Source of the DNA: Macrostomum lignano
Lineage: Eukaryota
Length of the DNA stretch: 64,000 bases
Assembly: GCA_002269645.1 (NCBI GenBank)
Contig: NIVC01003287.1
Coordinates: forward strand, 1-64,000
Direction of reading: 5' to 3'
Shown here: positions 25,071 through 37,192 of the stretch, piece by piece
How positions within the stretch are numbered: position 1 is the first letter of the stretch
Layout of the letters: each line of letters opens with the position of its first letter
Notes under the pieces: generated by a model
What the model was told of the DNA's origin: nothing
Database searches by the model: none
What the model saw: only the letters and a program-made list of their open reading frames with translations
Position numbers and translations under genes: made by a program

Positions 25071-25659
25071 GTCCTGGGATGTTTTCTTTTTGCATTGCAC
25101 TTCATTTGAGCAGTTTTTCTATTGTCTATGTGAAGGCTTTTTTTGGCCGTCTTTTTGATACTTGTAGAGAGCCAGAGATTCTATCTAGATGCCCCCCATC
25201 GGGGGGGGGGGGCGAAGATTGCTAGTATAAACTAAAAAGATTTTACTGTATAGACTGCATTGAGTATGGCGCACTATGTGCCATATGCACCATGTGTGCC
25301 AGAAAGTTCCTTTGTGTGTGCTATAATTTTGTGTGAAATCTACAACCTTCCTGACTATGGGTGTGAAGGAGAGAGAATTGGACAAAAACATTTAGCTCTT
25401 TTTCACTAAGCCTTGGTAAATGAAAGCCTTGTGACATCTTGATTGCAGTGCTTTGATGCCACTCTGAAAGAACTATGTTGAGCATCCCTCAAACCAGGAG
25501 GTTGCAGCATCTTTTAGTGCCTTATTAGTATTGGATCACTGCCTACAGAGTTACCTGCTTTAGATGCAGAAATAGGTGAAAGTTGCTAGGGGCAAGGTCT
25601 GATGAATAGGCAAGGTGTAGCAGCTCTTAGAACCCTGCAATGCTGCCAATTGCCATTGC

Positions 25660-26428
25660 CAGCCCATTGGTATGAGCAGGTACATTGTTATGCAGCAGTA
25701 CTATGGCTCAGCATTCCCCGCAAATTTTCCTTGATTACTTCGCATAAATTTACAATCAGATTGGCATAGTAGGCACCTATGACTGTCTGCTTGTTTGGCA
25801 GAAAGTCCAGCAGCAGTTGGTCTTTGGTATCCCAAAAGACAGTAAGCGTTATCTTACCTGCACTGCATATAGTCCGTGCATTCAATGGTGCAGATGAACC
25901 AACTGGCAGCCACTACTTTGACTCTTCCTTTGATTCAGGATTGTGGTGGTGGATCCATGGCTCATCACCAGTCACATAGCAGGACAGAAAGCTAGCAGGA
26001 TCTGGATTGTAAGCTTGCAGTGACAAGCTTCGCATATTGAAACTGTGTGGATTTCTGGTTGCTTGTCAAGATTTATGGGATCCATAAGGCCAAGACATTT
26101 GACAGATAAAGATGCTGGTGTAGGATCTCGATGACCTGTATCAGAGAGCCCAGTGTCTGCCCAAATTTCCTGACCTTTACTTGCCAGTCACTATCAACCA
26201 GGGCCTAGATGTGCTGGATGTTTTCAGCAGTGACAGCAGTCCAGGGGCATGTGCATCGAGGGTCATCTTTGAGAGAGTTGCAGCCAATGCTTGAACTCAG
26301 CTGCCCAATGCTTCACGTGGTGTATGAGGGGGCAGCCCCAGCATACACGCCAGCCATTCGACTTTGGATTTCAGCAGGTTTTGAGCCCTCCAGGGTCAGG
26401 AATTAGATCACTGCCCTGTCTCTCGTAT
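25660..26428 (-). mobile_element. Decayed mariner (DD34D) transposase remnant
   Basis: Minus-strand peptides YVTGDEPWIHHHNPESKEES and SAGKITLTVFWD...YYANLIVNLCEVIKENLRG, interrupted by stop codons. Confidence 0.8.
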
Positions 26429-26656
26429 TGTTTAATACAATTTTTCTAGTAATATATTTTTATTGTCATTTTACTATCAAAAAATTTGATGAAAACTTAA
26501 AACTTTGATTAGTGTAAGCTACTATTAGAGCTATCATCTCATTTTTAATTCTTTATTTTTCAATCGAACTATTGCCTATACAAGATTACTTAAATTGGCC
26601 TCTGAAACCCTTACACAGTAGCCGTCTCCTTGTACCCACATGGCCCACAATTGCAG

Positions 26657-27003
26657 GAGTTTGTTCCTCATCCCAGCCCGTCGGGCAGTCTCATGCACGA
26701 GATCCAACGCCTGGTTGCTACTCCAGGCAGTGGATCCGACATCGCTGCATCTGGGGCTGTTGAATCTTCAAATCAGCAGCCAGCGCAGCAGCATCACCAA
26801 CAGCAGCATCAGCAGCAGTTATTAGCTCAGCATCATCGATATTATTCCGGCGATTGGAAAGCGCCTAGAGCTGTCAATCATGTAGAGTGCGACAGCTGCG
26901 GCGCTGACGGCGACCTGCTGTGCTGCGACCGCTGCCCGGCCAGCTTCCATCCGGAGTGTCTCAATCCGCCGCTAGAGAAAGAGGCTGCCCCAACTCACGA
27001 TTG
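26657..27003 (+). CDS. PHF12: PHF12-like exon (N-terminal motif plus most of PHD1)
   Basis: [15 protein letters not shown] resembles PHF12 SGGLMEQIQALLAPP; [33 protein letters not shown]. Phase-2 donor at 27004. If the micro-exon is wrong, the start would be the ATG at 26693. Confidence 0.88.
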
Positions 27004-27027
27004 GTAAATTTGTCCTTCTCTACCAGT

Positions 27028-27057
27028 TAGATAGATAGATGGATAGATAGATAGATG

Positions 27058-27091
<34 letters not shown>

Positions 27092-27141
27092 CAGATGGAT
27101 AGATAGATAGATAGATAGATGGATAGATAGATAGATAGATG

Positions 27142-27173
<32 letters not shown>

Positions 27174-27233
27174 TATAGATAGATAGATGGATAGATAGAT
27201 ATATAGATAGATGGATAGATAGATAGATAGATG

Positions 27234-27300
<67 letters not shown>

Positions 27301-27337
27301 GGATAGATGAATAGATAGATAGATAGATGGATAGATC

Positions 27338-27372
<35 letters not shown>

Positions 27373-27405
27373 GGATAGATAGATATATAGATAGATGGAT
27401 AGATG

Positions 27406-27460
<55 letters not shown>

Positions 27461-27493
27461 GGATAGATAGATAGATGGATAGATGGATAGATC

Positions 27494-27524
<31 letters not shown>

Positions 27525-27525
27525 C

Positions 27526-27556
<31 letters not shown>

Positions 27557-27557
27557 C

Positions 27558-27592
<35 letters not shown>

Positions 27593-27712
27593 GGATAGAT
27601 GGATAGATAGATAGATGGATAGATGGATAGATATATAGATAGATGGATAGATAGATAGATAGATGGATAGATAGATAGATAGATAGATAGACAGACAAAC
27701 ACACAGATAGAC
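27028..27712. repeat. (GATA)n microsatellite in a PHF12 intron
   Basis: GATA/GGAT tetramer run. Confidence 0.98.
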
Positions 27713-27772
27713 AGACAGCCATATCAGTCAGAATTAAGCACACGTATTTACACGTGTCCGCCACCAAACCAG

Positions 27773-28289
27773 GTACTGCCACGAGTGCTCGCTTCGCCTG
27801 CTCAACGCCGGAGATTCATCAAACAAAGCCGACAGCGAGTCGCTGGACAGCCCGGGCGGCTGCCTCCTCGCCCTAGCAACCGCAGTCCAGGCCGCTAATC
27901 CTCGAGAATTCGCTCCGCCAGTCGCCTGTGGAGCCGACGCCACGGGCGGCCTCTTAATCCCGGGCCTCGCCGAGCGAACCAACTGCGGCGCCGCTCGAAC
28001 TATCGAACTCGAATTGGGCGCATTTGTGCCCCAACCGGTTCGAAGATGCTACGTCTGTGGTGGTAATTGCCGGCGTGCGCCGCTGCTTCCGTGCGACTAT
28101 TGTTCGCTGTGCTATCATCTGGACTGCTTGGATCCGCCGCTGACTGTGCCGCCATCCCGATGGGATTTGTGGATGTGCCCGGCTCATCCCGAGCATCTGA
28201 TCGATCGATTTCTGCTTAGCAGTTCGCGATTGTCTGAACGGGCCCGGCTGTGGAATCGACTGGCTAAAAAGCCAGTGTCTGTGCAAGAG
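27773..28289 (+). CDS. PHF12: PHF12-like exon (end of PHD1, PHD2)
   Basis: (W)YCHEC...ANPREF...CYVCGGNCRRAPLLPCDYCSLCYHLDCLDPPL...WMCPAHPEH. 517 nt, phase 2/0. Confidence 0.9.
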
Positions 28290-28367
28290 GTTCGGTCTCG
28301 TATTGGGATTATTTATTTTAGTATTGTCTTTGTTGTTTGAGTTAGTGACTTGTGCCGTACTGTCTTC

Positions 28368-28940
28368 CGCTATCTCCATCTCCCTGTCTCCCTCCCTCCA
28401 TCTCCCTATCTCCCTCTCCCTCTATCTCCCTGTCTCCCTCTACCCACCCCATCTCCCTGTTTCTCTCTCCCTCCATCACCCTGTCTCTCTCTCCATCCAT
28501 CTCCCTGTCTCTCTCTCCCTCCATCTCCCTGTCTCCCTCTCCCTCCATCTCCCTCTCCCTCCATCTCCCTGTCTCTCTCTCCCTCCATCTCCCTGTCTCC
28601 CTCTACCCCATTTCCCTGTCTCCCTCTCCCTCCATCTCCCCGTCACCCTCTCCCTCCCTCTCCCTGTCTCCCTCTCCCTCCATTTCCCTGTCTCCCTCTC
28701 CATCCATCTCTCTGTCTGCCTCTTTCTACCTCCGTCTTCCTGTCTCCCTCTCCGCCACCATTTCCATGTGCCCTATTCTCTCACTCCCTCTCCTTCCATC
28801 TCTCTGTCTACATCTCCCTGTATCCCCTTTCCTTCATCTCCCTGTCCCCCTCCATCTTCCTCTCTGTTTACCTTTCTGTCTCCATCTCCTCCCCAATCCT
28901 GTCTTTTGTTGCCCCCTTCCAATATCTGCCATCTCCCTAA
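28368..28940. repeat. CT-rich degenerate minisatellite in a PHF12 intron
   Basis: ctccctgtctccctctccctccat-like units. Confidence 0.85.
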
Positions 28941-29062
28941 GCTTGTACTGTCTGCTATACTCCTTGTCCAGTAAATTGTTTCCTCTGTCGGCAATATTGC
29001 TCAAGCCTGCTTAATGAGCTCAGTCTACAAGCCAGTGCTAACTCTGCGCTCTCCCTCACCAG

Positions 29063-29980
29063 GTGCTGCACAATTTCTGCTCCAAACGTCGTCTTTGGCG
29101 TCGACTTCAACAGCGCCGATTTAGCGGCAGACTGAGACGCCGACAGCTGCCGCCACCAGCTGTGGCCACCGATGTCCCGGCAGCCATCAAAGCGGCTTAC
29201 CGCTGTCCCGCATCGCCGCCAACTCCACCTCGCTCTCCGCCTCGAGCTTCGTCAGCGAAGCCTCCAAGAGCCAAGGCAACAACAGGTCAGCGCACTGAGT
29301 TAGAACGTTGCGCAGCTGCCGCTCTGGAACAGCTGCAGAGCGGCAAGCAGCAGGTGGCATCAGCTCCAGGACAGACACCCTGTTTTGCCTATCTAGTTCG
29401 CTACTATGATTCATCTGATACTACTAGTAGTATGTCGGTTTATCGTCTAACTAATCAAGTAGTTAGCGTTGGACTATTAGATAGTAACATTTTATCTCTG
29501 GCTAGTCTGTGGAACATCGACTGTTCGCTAATTGATCCGGAACAGCACGCTGTGATCTGCTGCTCAGCTGATGACGATGGTAATAGCAGCTTCGAGTTGT
29601 TGAACTACAGTCAGTACGGTACTGTTGTTGATGGAGTAGTCTACGGCGTGGACGCTGACGCTAGCCGGTCCAGTAGAGAGCCTGTACTGTCTCACCTCGT
29701 TCAGACGGTCGATGATTTCCTGAATCGTAACGACGACGACAGCGACAGTCTCAACTCGTCTCTGTCCGACTCTGAAGCTAAGCCGGATGTTAAACGGTCG
29801 CTAAATAAAAGTACATCTAAACAGTCGCTGTCTCCGTCGCCTCGTCGAATGCTGCGCTGCCGATGCGGCTTTGAACCGCTAGAAGCTCTAGCTGGATGGG
29901 AGGGCAGCGCTGTGCTGAGGCATGGATCTGTCATTCGAATGGGCTGTCTGTCTATGCTGTTTGTATTGCCGCTGGTCTGA
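29063..29980 (+). CDS. PHF12: PHF12-like last exon (C-terminal FHA-like domain)
   Basis: Acceptor at 29061-29062. FELLNYSQYGTVVDGVVYG...GWEGSAVLRHGSVIRMGCLSMLF matches the PHF12 C-terminus. Ends in TGA. Confidence 0.9.
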   Translation: MLHNFCSKRRLWRRLQQRRFSGRLRRRQLPPPAVATDVPAAIKAAYRCPASPPTPPRSPPRASSAKPPRAKATTGQRTELERCAAAALEQLQSGKQQVASAPGQTPCFAYLVRYYDSSDTTSSMSVYRLTNQVVSVGLLDSNILSLASLWNIDCSLIDPEQHAVICCSADDDGNSSFELLNYSQYGTVVDGVVYGVDADASRSSREPVLSHLVQTVDDFLNRNDDDSDSLNSSLSDSEAKPDVKRSLNKSTSKQSLSPSPRRMLRCRCGFEPLEALAGWEGSAVLRHGSVIRMGCLSMLFVLPLV

Positions 29981-30129
29981 AGCTGCTGAACTAGCAGTAG
30001 CTTTTGTACTTCCTTACATACATGTAATACTGGCTTTAATATTAATAAGACTGACTCACTTTAATAACCAATCCCCCTGATACCATTCCCGTTGAAAACA
30101 TTACCGTTCTCTACAGGACTCAAAAGACT

Positions 30130-30500
30130 GTAAATTCAACAGAGAAGGCGACTGTTGGATCTTGCATCTTTTGAGTTGGTAGAATCGTGAGAGTCGCAAA
30201 AAAGGTCGTCTTAAGAGTCGTTGTGTTAGCGCTTAACTTTCTACTAACTTAAGTAGACTGCATTGAGTTGTTATCAATTCAAAAGGCGATTCTAATTCAT
30301 AAAGTGATGTAAATGCACTTACATGACTCTACAGCGACTCTAGCACGCCTCATATACGACTCTATGGCCCCAGAGTCGTCTCAAGAGTTGCAGACAATAA
30401 AATGCCTCAAATTGACTCTTAGGTGACTTTGTGGCAACTTGTACCGTGACATCTCTTCATTTTAAAGTCGTCGAAAGTCACTTCTTTCCAGAGATTTTAC
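30130..30500. repeat. GAGTCG/CGACTC motif-rich block, possibly a DNA-transposon remnant
   Basis: Many short motif copies in both orientations; no termini or TSD resolved. Confidence 0.3.
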
Positions 30501-31747
30501 CTGTGTCACCTGAGTCTGGGACGCTTCTTGGCCTTAGGTACCGTTTTCATTGGAGTTGTCGTGCGATTCACACCCATTGGAGCTGAAACCCCCTGTAAAC
30601 TTGAAAAGGGTTTAAAAGTTTCTCTTAGTAATCATTTTTGCATATGTTTATATTACAATTAGTAATTAGCAGCATTTTACTGTTGCAATATGTCTAGTTT
30701 ATTTTATTGTAAACAATTTTATGTTTGTTTGTAAACGCAAATACAAGGTAATTCACACAGTCATAATATACTACAAACCTTATGCGTTGTTTTAATTTCG
30801 ATATTCTAATTAAAACTTGAATACAAATTTTAGCCAAGTGTGTTCTTTAACTAGTTAATAGAAGCTTTTGTCTATGGCCAGGATATGGAGCAATTTCGCT
30901 GAGAATGTCTATGACAGGCGGTTGGCGGCCCGCCAAGCCTTCTAATTTTTAAAACTTCACTTCACAATGGCAATCTGGTCTGCTTTCTTATGCTTATTTT
31001 CCCTTCTCTTTCCATTCTCCTCTCCCTTCTCTCTCCGTCCTCTCCCTTCTCTCTCCTCTCCCCTCTTTTCTCCTATACCCCACTCTTCTCACCCCTCGTC
31101 TCTTCTCTCCCGTCCTCTCTTCTCTCCACTCTCCTTTGTGGCCTTCTCTTCTCCCCTCTTCTCTCTTCTCTAAAGGTTCTCTAAAGGTACAGTAGTTTCA
31201 TGACCCTTTGTCTGTAGCTAAAGCCGTTTGATTCAGTACAAAGTCAGCTGGCGTGAATCGCCAAGACCGTCTATGGTTAATCATCATACTAAATAATGTC
31301 AAGGAAGCATCCCTGCATCCTATGTGCTCTTCGAATATAGCAAAGCGAACATAAAGGTTTCCTTGAAAAATATGCTTTGCTGACTATACGAAACTACTCG
31401 TATAATATTTCCATATTTGTATATTGAGAATTAACTAAAAGTGCTCAAAAGATTGGTTCGGGGGTATGAACATGATACTAGCTGGACTCGGTGGCTTGAA
31501 TTCCTGTTTTCGATGTTCTGAACATAAATTCTATGGCTTTTCTAGGGTTTAAATTTACCGTAGAATTTCTTTCTTTTCTCGATCGCCAAAGCAACTCTTT
31601 TCGATCCAAAATTTGTAAAAACATTTATTTAACCATCAATTTTTCGTTTCATGCGTTTCTTTGTAAATCCATAGTTTATTTCGTGGTTAAATCTAGAAAG
31701 TCCGTCTCAAAAGTCGTGAAAATTTTTTTTCAAAATCTCTAGCAAAA

Positions 31748-33187
31748 ATGAGCCGAAAGCGTCGCAGCGACAGCTCGAGTTCGGACGCGCCTCCCGCTTC
31801 CCCAACTCCTATCTGCATCATCTGCGACCAAGCTGCAGTCGGTGTGGCTCCGTTATTCCGCTGCCACATGTGCAGTCAACACCTCAGTGTCGATGTGGCC
31901 AATCTATTCAAGCTCAAGGAGGAGGTCGACGAGCTGCTGCGTGCCTACTCACAAGAGTCACAAGGTGCAGCAGGTGCAGCTGGCCATGCAGCGCTGCTGC
32001 GACACCGACAAGACGCTGAGTCGCTGCGTCGTCTTGCTCTCGACATCCAACAGCAGCTGCAAGAGGTCAATCACAAATTCGATTTGGTACAGCAACACAT
32101 CGACTCGTTTCGTAGCAGGGTGACGGGCCAGCTCTCAGGTGTGCTTGAGGCAGTGCGTGTGTGCGAGCGGGACCTCGAGGACGTCTCCAGCTACAAGCAG
32201 GAGGTGGCCACGGCGGAGGCTGCAGGCGACATGGCGGAGCTGCTTCGCCTGGTCCAGTCCATGCACGAATCGCTTGGAGACTTGGAGGCCGACTTTGAGA
32301 GGTCAGAGCGGCTGCGCAGAGACCAGAGCGACAATGAGGAGCTGCAGCTGCGGCTTCTGGGCCAGCTCGAGCGGCTGGTCGGCATTTGTGCGGGACACAG
32401 CGAAGAGGGCGACTAGTCGAGAGAGGCTGCGGTAACCGCGACTTCTGAGGAGATAGAGGCTGCTCAGAGAATTTCGGAGCCGATGGTCTTCAGTCATGAG
32501 GTGAAACTGGATCGCTCAGTTCAATGGCTGGCTGTGTGCAGCGACACCAGCGGATTTGTTGCTGCACAAACAGGCCGTGTGGTTCCCGTCGACTCGGCGA
32601 GAGACCGCAGAAAACCTCTGCCCCAGCCCTGCATCCTGGCATCATTCTCTAGCTTAGTAGGAGGAGAGAGAGAACACCTACTGGTGCTGTCTGTGGACGG
32701 CTCACAGAAGCTGCGGTGCCACTGCGACATCGACTGGAAGAAGTACATGTGTGGCCTTCACTGCGACCGTCAGCTGCTGTTCATTGCTCAACCTGATACA
32801 GTGACAGTGACGGAACTGAGCGGTCGTGCGGTGCGTCGAGTCCGCCCATTCATCAAGGACTTCGGTGACATCAAGGGAATCGGCGGCAACGCAGCCTCCG
32901 TGTTTGTGTCCAGTGGAAACAAAATTGTTGCATTCAGCAAAGCCACTTGGCAGATGGAGACGGTCATCACGCTGTCTCAGCTTCCTTTTGCTGCACTGGG
33001 CAACCTGGCGACCCACGACAACTGTATTCTTGTGATAGATAGGCGTGACAATCAGGTGCACAGAGTGCGCATTGACACCCAGCAGCTGGTCGCCTCCTTT
33101 CCGACTCGGCAGCATCCGTTCAAAAATTTTTCTAGTCCAGAGGATGCGGCCGTAGACAGCAGAGGTCGTGGAATAATATTCCAATAA
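31748..33187 (+). pseudogene. B-box-like/coiled-coil/NHL (TRIM-NHL-like) paralog A: in-frame TAG at 32414-32416 and 3' truncation
   Basis: Near-identical to 44133-45806. TAG replaces TGG (Trp) and the frame continues to 33187. Homology stops after AVDSRGR. Confidence 0.8.
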
Positions 33188-33644
33188 TGTGATTCACGAC
33201 ATACGCAGTACCTCAAACACACTTATTAGTAATTAGCATGGCTTGCCTTGAATTCATTTTCTTTTGACCTAAAACACCTGTCGAGCATTGGATTGGCAGA
33301 AATTTCCACTTCTGCGATTCGATATGATAGGACGATGTTGGTATAGTAACATGAAAAGTGTAAAATTATAGTCAAGTTGGATAGAATTAGGTTGTATATT
33401 ACTGCCTTTACAGTCTGTCTTTCAATATTCGTAGATAACAGAGGTACCAAAACCTTTGATTGTAAATTTAAATGATTCCTGAATCATTTGGACACCCCTT
33501 AATGTTATGGGATCGATATAAACTGACATAGACTTCTAACGGAGCTAGTAGGCCTCATACCAGTAACCAAGACTTCGATTCCCCTCTATAAACCTAGTAC
33601 TCTCTTATCTTCTTTACAGATACTGAAGTAATTCCAATCTAAGC

Positions 33645-34480
33645 ATGAGCGGCGCTCAAAATGCCGACAATAAATCGGAATCGAACCCGCGACCTTCGGC
33701 AGACAAGCCGCCCCTTTGTTTTGTCTGTCGCAAAGCTCCAGCAGCTGGTGTTGGTCCGTTCTCGCTGAATAATCTGTGCCAGAACACCTTGCAGTTGATG
33801 TTGCTGAAGTATTGAAACTGCGAGACAGTGTTGATGAGGAGTTGCATCGTTTCTTAGAAAGCGGCACAACTGCCGCCGTCGTTGTGCCGGGAACTCGTCC
33901 TCTGGTGCAAGAGCTGCAGATTAGCGGTCAGCTAAAATGTATTGAAAACGAATGCCTATTGATGCGAGCCGAATTAGATGATTTTTATCAGCGAGTTCAG
34001 CTGCAGATTGAAGAATACTTGAATGCTGTACGAACTTGTCAGGATGGTCTCAATGATACTCAGAGCTACAGGCAGGAAGTGGCTGCAGCGGAGGCTGCAG
34101 GCAATATTTCAGAAATTGCAAAGCTGTCAATGTCTATGCAACTGTCCATTCCCGATCTGCAAGCTGAATTTGACTTGGCGCAACGCATTCGGCTTGAAAC
34201 TGACTGTGTCGCGATGCAGTTGCAACGGTTTAGACAGATGGAGAAACTTGTTGGCAGTGTTGCAACTGATAGGAACTCAGGTGTGACTGACGCAGCTGTT
34301 TCTGCTCTACCAGATGTTAGAGACGCCGAGTCAACAGCTAGTCCAAGTGTACTTAGCGCTGCCGTTACTGCAAGACTAATTGGTATTGATATTGAAACGA
34401 CCGTCACACCCGAGATCTGTGACGCCTCCCTCACCGCTAGCGACTCGCCGTTTGATCCAATTGTGTTCAAGTGTACTTAG
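33645..34480 (+). pseudogene. Diverged paralog C (B-box-like plus coiled coil only) with a frameshift near 33777
   Basis: The ATG 33645 frame gives CFVCRKAPAAGVGP...C; another frame gives EHLAVDVAEVLKL...SYRQEVAAAEAAGNISE. One extra base would join them. No NHL part. Confidence 0.7.
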
Positions 34481-34639
34481 CGCTGCCGTTACTGCAAAAC
34501 CTCAAAAGCGGTCTTTGTTGAGACCTCACTAGCTACTTAAAGGCACCAAACATTGAGCGCAGGTTCTGGACATTCCCACGTTAACATTGAAGCAACTTTC
34601 CGCTTCTACAGTGAGAACTCGGATCGGTGTTTTAAAAAG

Positions 34640-35215
34640 CGTAAAAATTGACTCTGACAGAAGGTTGGCTTAATCGCTTCTTGGTGCGCCACCTTGGCAA
34701 TCGCAGAAACACCTCAACCGGTCAATTATTAAGCCCGGAATCTCCTAACCAAGGAGCGAATTCTTCAACGGTTTCGGAGCATGATGCTGAGGCGGCCCGT
34801 CCTGATCGTAAAGTTCTTCACGAAGCCCAAACTCGTGACACTCGTGACTCCTGACAATGCTTAAATGCACACTTAAGCATTCTAGATTATTTTTATTCGT
34901 TTGAATGGGCTAAAAGTTTGTCTACACAAAGACTATAGACAGTAAAGAGAAGAATGCAAGGTTACCTCCAGGCTTCGGGATCTATGCTGCCGCCTCATTT
35001 TATCTTCGTAGTGAAGAAGCTTAATGTAACATCATGTCCCTGACATCTACAAGTATTTTATGACCAAAGAATGGCTGGATGACCAAGGATTCATCGTTGC
35101 GAGAGTTGGTTACAGAGACCTTCCTGCCCTACCCGAAGTATTCTGCGACAACCACGACTCGCGACATAATGCTGAGACGCTGGGCCGTTTTCAAGGAAAG
35201 AAAATGTATAAGCAG
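34640..35215 (+). mobile_element. Decayed pogo/Tc5-like (CENP-B HTH plus DDE_1) transposase remnant
   Basis: Scattered frames give GWLNRFLVRH, ASGSMLPPHFIF, KNGWMT and FCDNHDS, the expected ordered motifs of DDE_1 transposases. Confidence 0.65.
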
Positions 35216-35916
35216 GTTATAATCTAGCTATCTGTATTATTCATCTTTCACTCCGGAAAAGCGAAAAAAACTATATTTCATGTTCCATTCTGATCTATTT
35301 CCATCTAGCATGGTATATTTTGTTTTAATCAATAATTACTTTAAACTTTTCTTCAATCGAGAAACAATTCTGCATTTTTGGGCGCGTGTGAAGCGCAACG
35401 CACGTGCATGTAATGCAGCCACCTGATGTTTCAGTCTTCAGCTAAGTTAAGGCATCTTGACTATAACTGTTTTCGTTCTTTTTGGCTGAATCTGTTCTAT
35501 TTCCAACGTGGCAATCTATCTTTGTTGACTAGCAAAAGTATATATAGCTAGGTCAGTCAATCATTACAATATACGTGTGTATATATTCATAGCTAAAGAG
35601 CAGGCTATGGGTATTGTTGTATCAAATATTTTCATTTTATAGTATTATTTGTCTTTGAGCTTATGGTTTCACCGTCCCATAAATATATCTTTATTCTGCA
35701 TAATACGTTTGCATTGCTTTATTGAAACTGCAGTCACTTATGCTTATCCGTAATCCGCCGATGGACTTATATCATAAGTTTAAAAAACGCTTTTGCTTAT
35801 TAATATACATAATTTTGTCGCTGACTACTCTAGTAGTATATGTGTGATTGATTTGTTGCCTGTATAAAAGTTTTTAAGAGTGCAATATATATACATTTAC
35901 AGTAAATTGAAGAATA

Positions 35917-36240
35917 GGAGGCTGTAGCCTACTAGTGGTTAGAGCATCGACTCAAGACTAATTGATCGGTCGGGGGGGGGGGGGGGGGGTCGATTCCCGA
36001 TCCCACTCGGAGCAATTTGTGTCCTTGAGCAAGACACAACTCTGCACTGCTTCAGTTCACCCAGCTGTAAAATGTGTGCCAGCATTAGCTGGGGTAATTG
36101 AGGCTGTGTGTCACCCCCCAGTCCTTGGACTGAACAGCCGTACGCAGCCTTCAGATGCGCCGCGCAATAGCTGCGGCTGAGCTGTCGGTTGCACATCTGG
36201 CCCAATGAGGGAGCTGTAATTAATATTATTATTATTAATC
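35917..36240 (+). mobile_element. tRNA-derived SINE, family B copy 1 (head damaged)
   Basis: Body near-identical to 37193-37495; (TTA)n-like tail. Confidence 0.8.
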
Positions 36241-37192
36241 CTGGCAGCAAAGTGACGTCACCTGTATAGCCGTGCGATGATTGGTCGAAACAATGGGGTG
36301 CGGGTCAAAATAGGTTTACAAGGGGATTACTCGTGACTGGAAGCAGAATGGATGTGGCTTACATGCCTGGTTATAATCAAGCTATAATGTCTGCGGGCTT
36401 GGTGGGAGAGAATAGGATAGGGAATAGAGGCAGTAGGGATAAGATGAGAAGAGATCGAGGAGACAAGGAAAGTGATTAGAGAAAAAAGCCTTGAAATTGA
36501 GCAGGACTGCAGCTGTTGCTATTGAAGTTTCAAAGGAGCCGCGATGGCCCCGGATAGACTAATTGTCTATTGTCTTGTTGTCTAAGAGTTAACCTACCCC
36601 GGCCGTGCATGTTGCACCCCAGTAAATTGCACCATTGGACATGCTAAAAGTAGGAAGCTACCTAGCTTACGCCGGTATAGGAACGTGTACTTGCGTTTCG
36701 CTATATATTTTATCTCTTCAAGAGAAAGCATGTGTGCTTGAGGGGGCCGTAGCCCGGGTCTATGACAATTGACTGCCACAATTTGACTGCGGTCAATTTG
36801 ACTGCCGAGCAATTTGACTGCCGACAAAATGACTGCGGACAAAATGACTGCCAACAATTTGACTGCCAACAATTTGACTGCCAACAAAATGACTGCCGAC
36901 AAAATGACTGCCAACAATTTGACTGCCGACAATTTGACTGCCAACAAAATGACTGCCGACAGAATGACTGCCAACAAAATGACTGCCAACAAAATGACTG
37001 CCAACAAAATGGCTGCCGACAAAATGACTGCCAACAATTTGACTGCCAACAAAATGACTGCCGACAAAATGACTGCCAACAATTTGACTGCCGACAATAT
37101 GACTGCGGCAATTTGACTGCCGAGCAATTTGACTGCCTCAAATACTACACGTACATCCTCTTTATATATGTATTGATCATTGTATTGAGCAA

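Noticed and set aside
26995-28994. Long SIYL/PSPSISL-type ORFs
   Set aside because: Microsatellite and low-complexity read-through inside PHF12 introns.
35051-35215. Short ATG-initiated exon-like frame (MTKEWLDDQG...)
   Set aside because: It overlaps the frameshifted pogo DDE_1 relic (KNGWMT, DNHDS) and is better explained as transposon decay.
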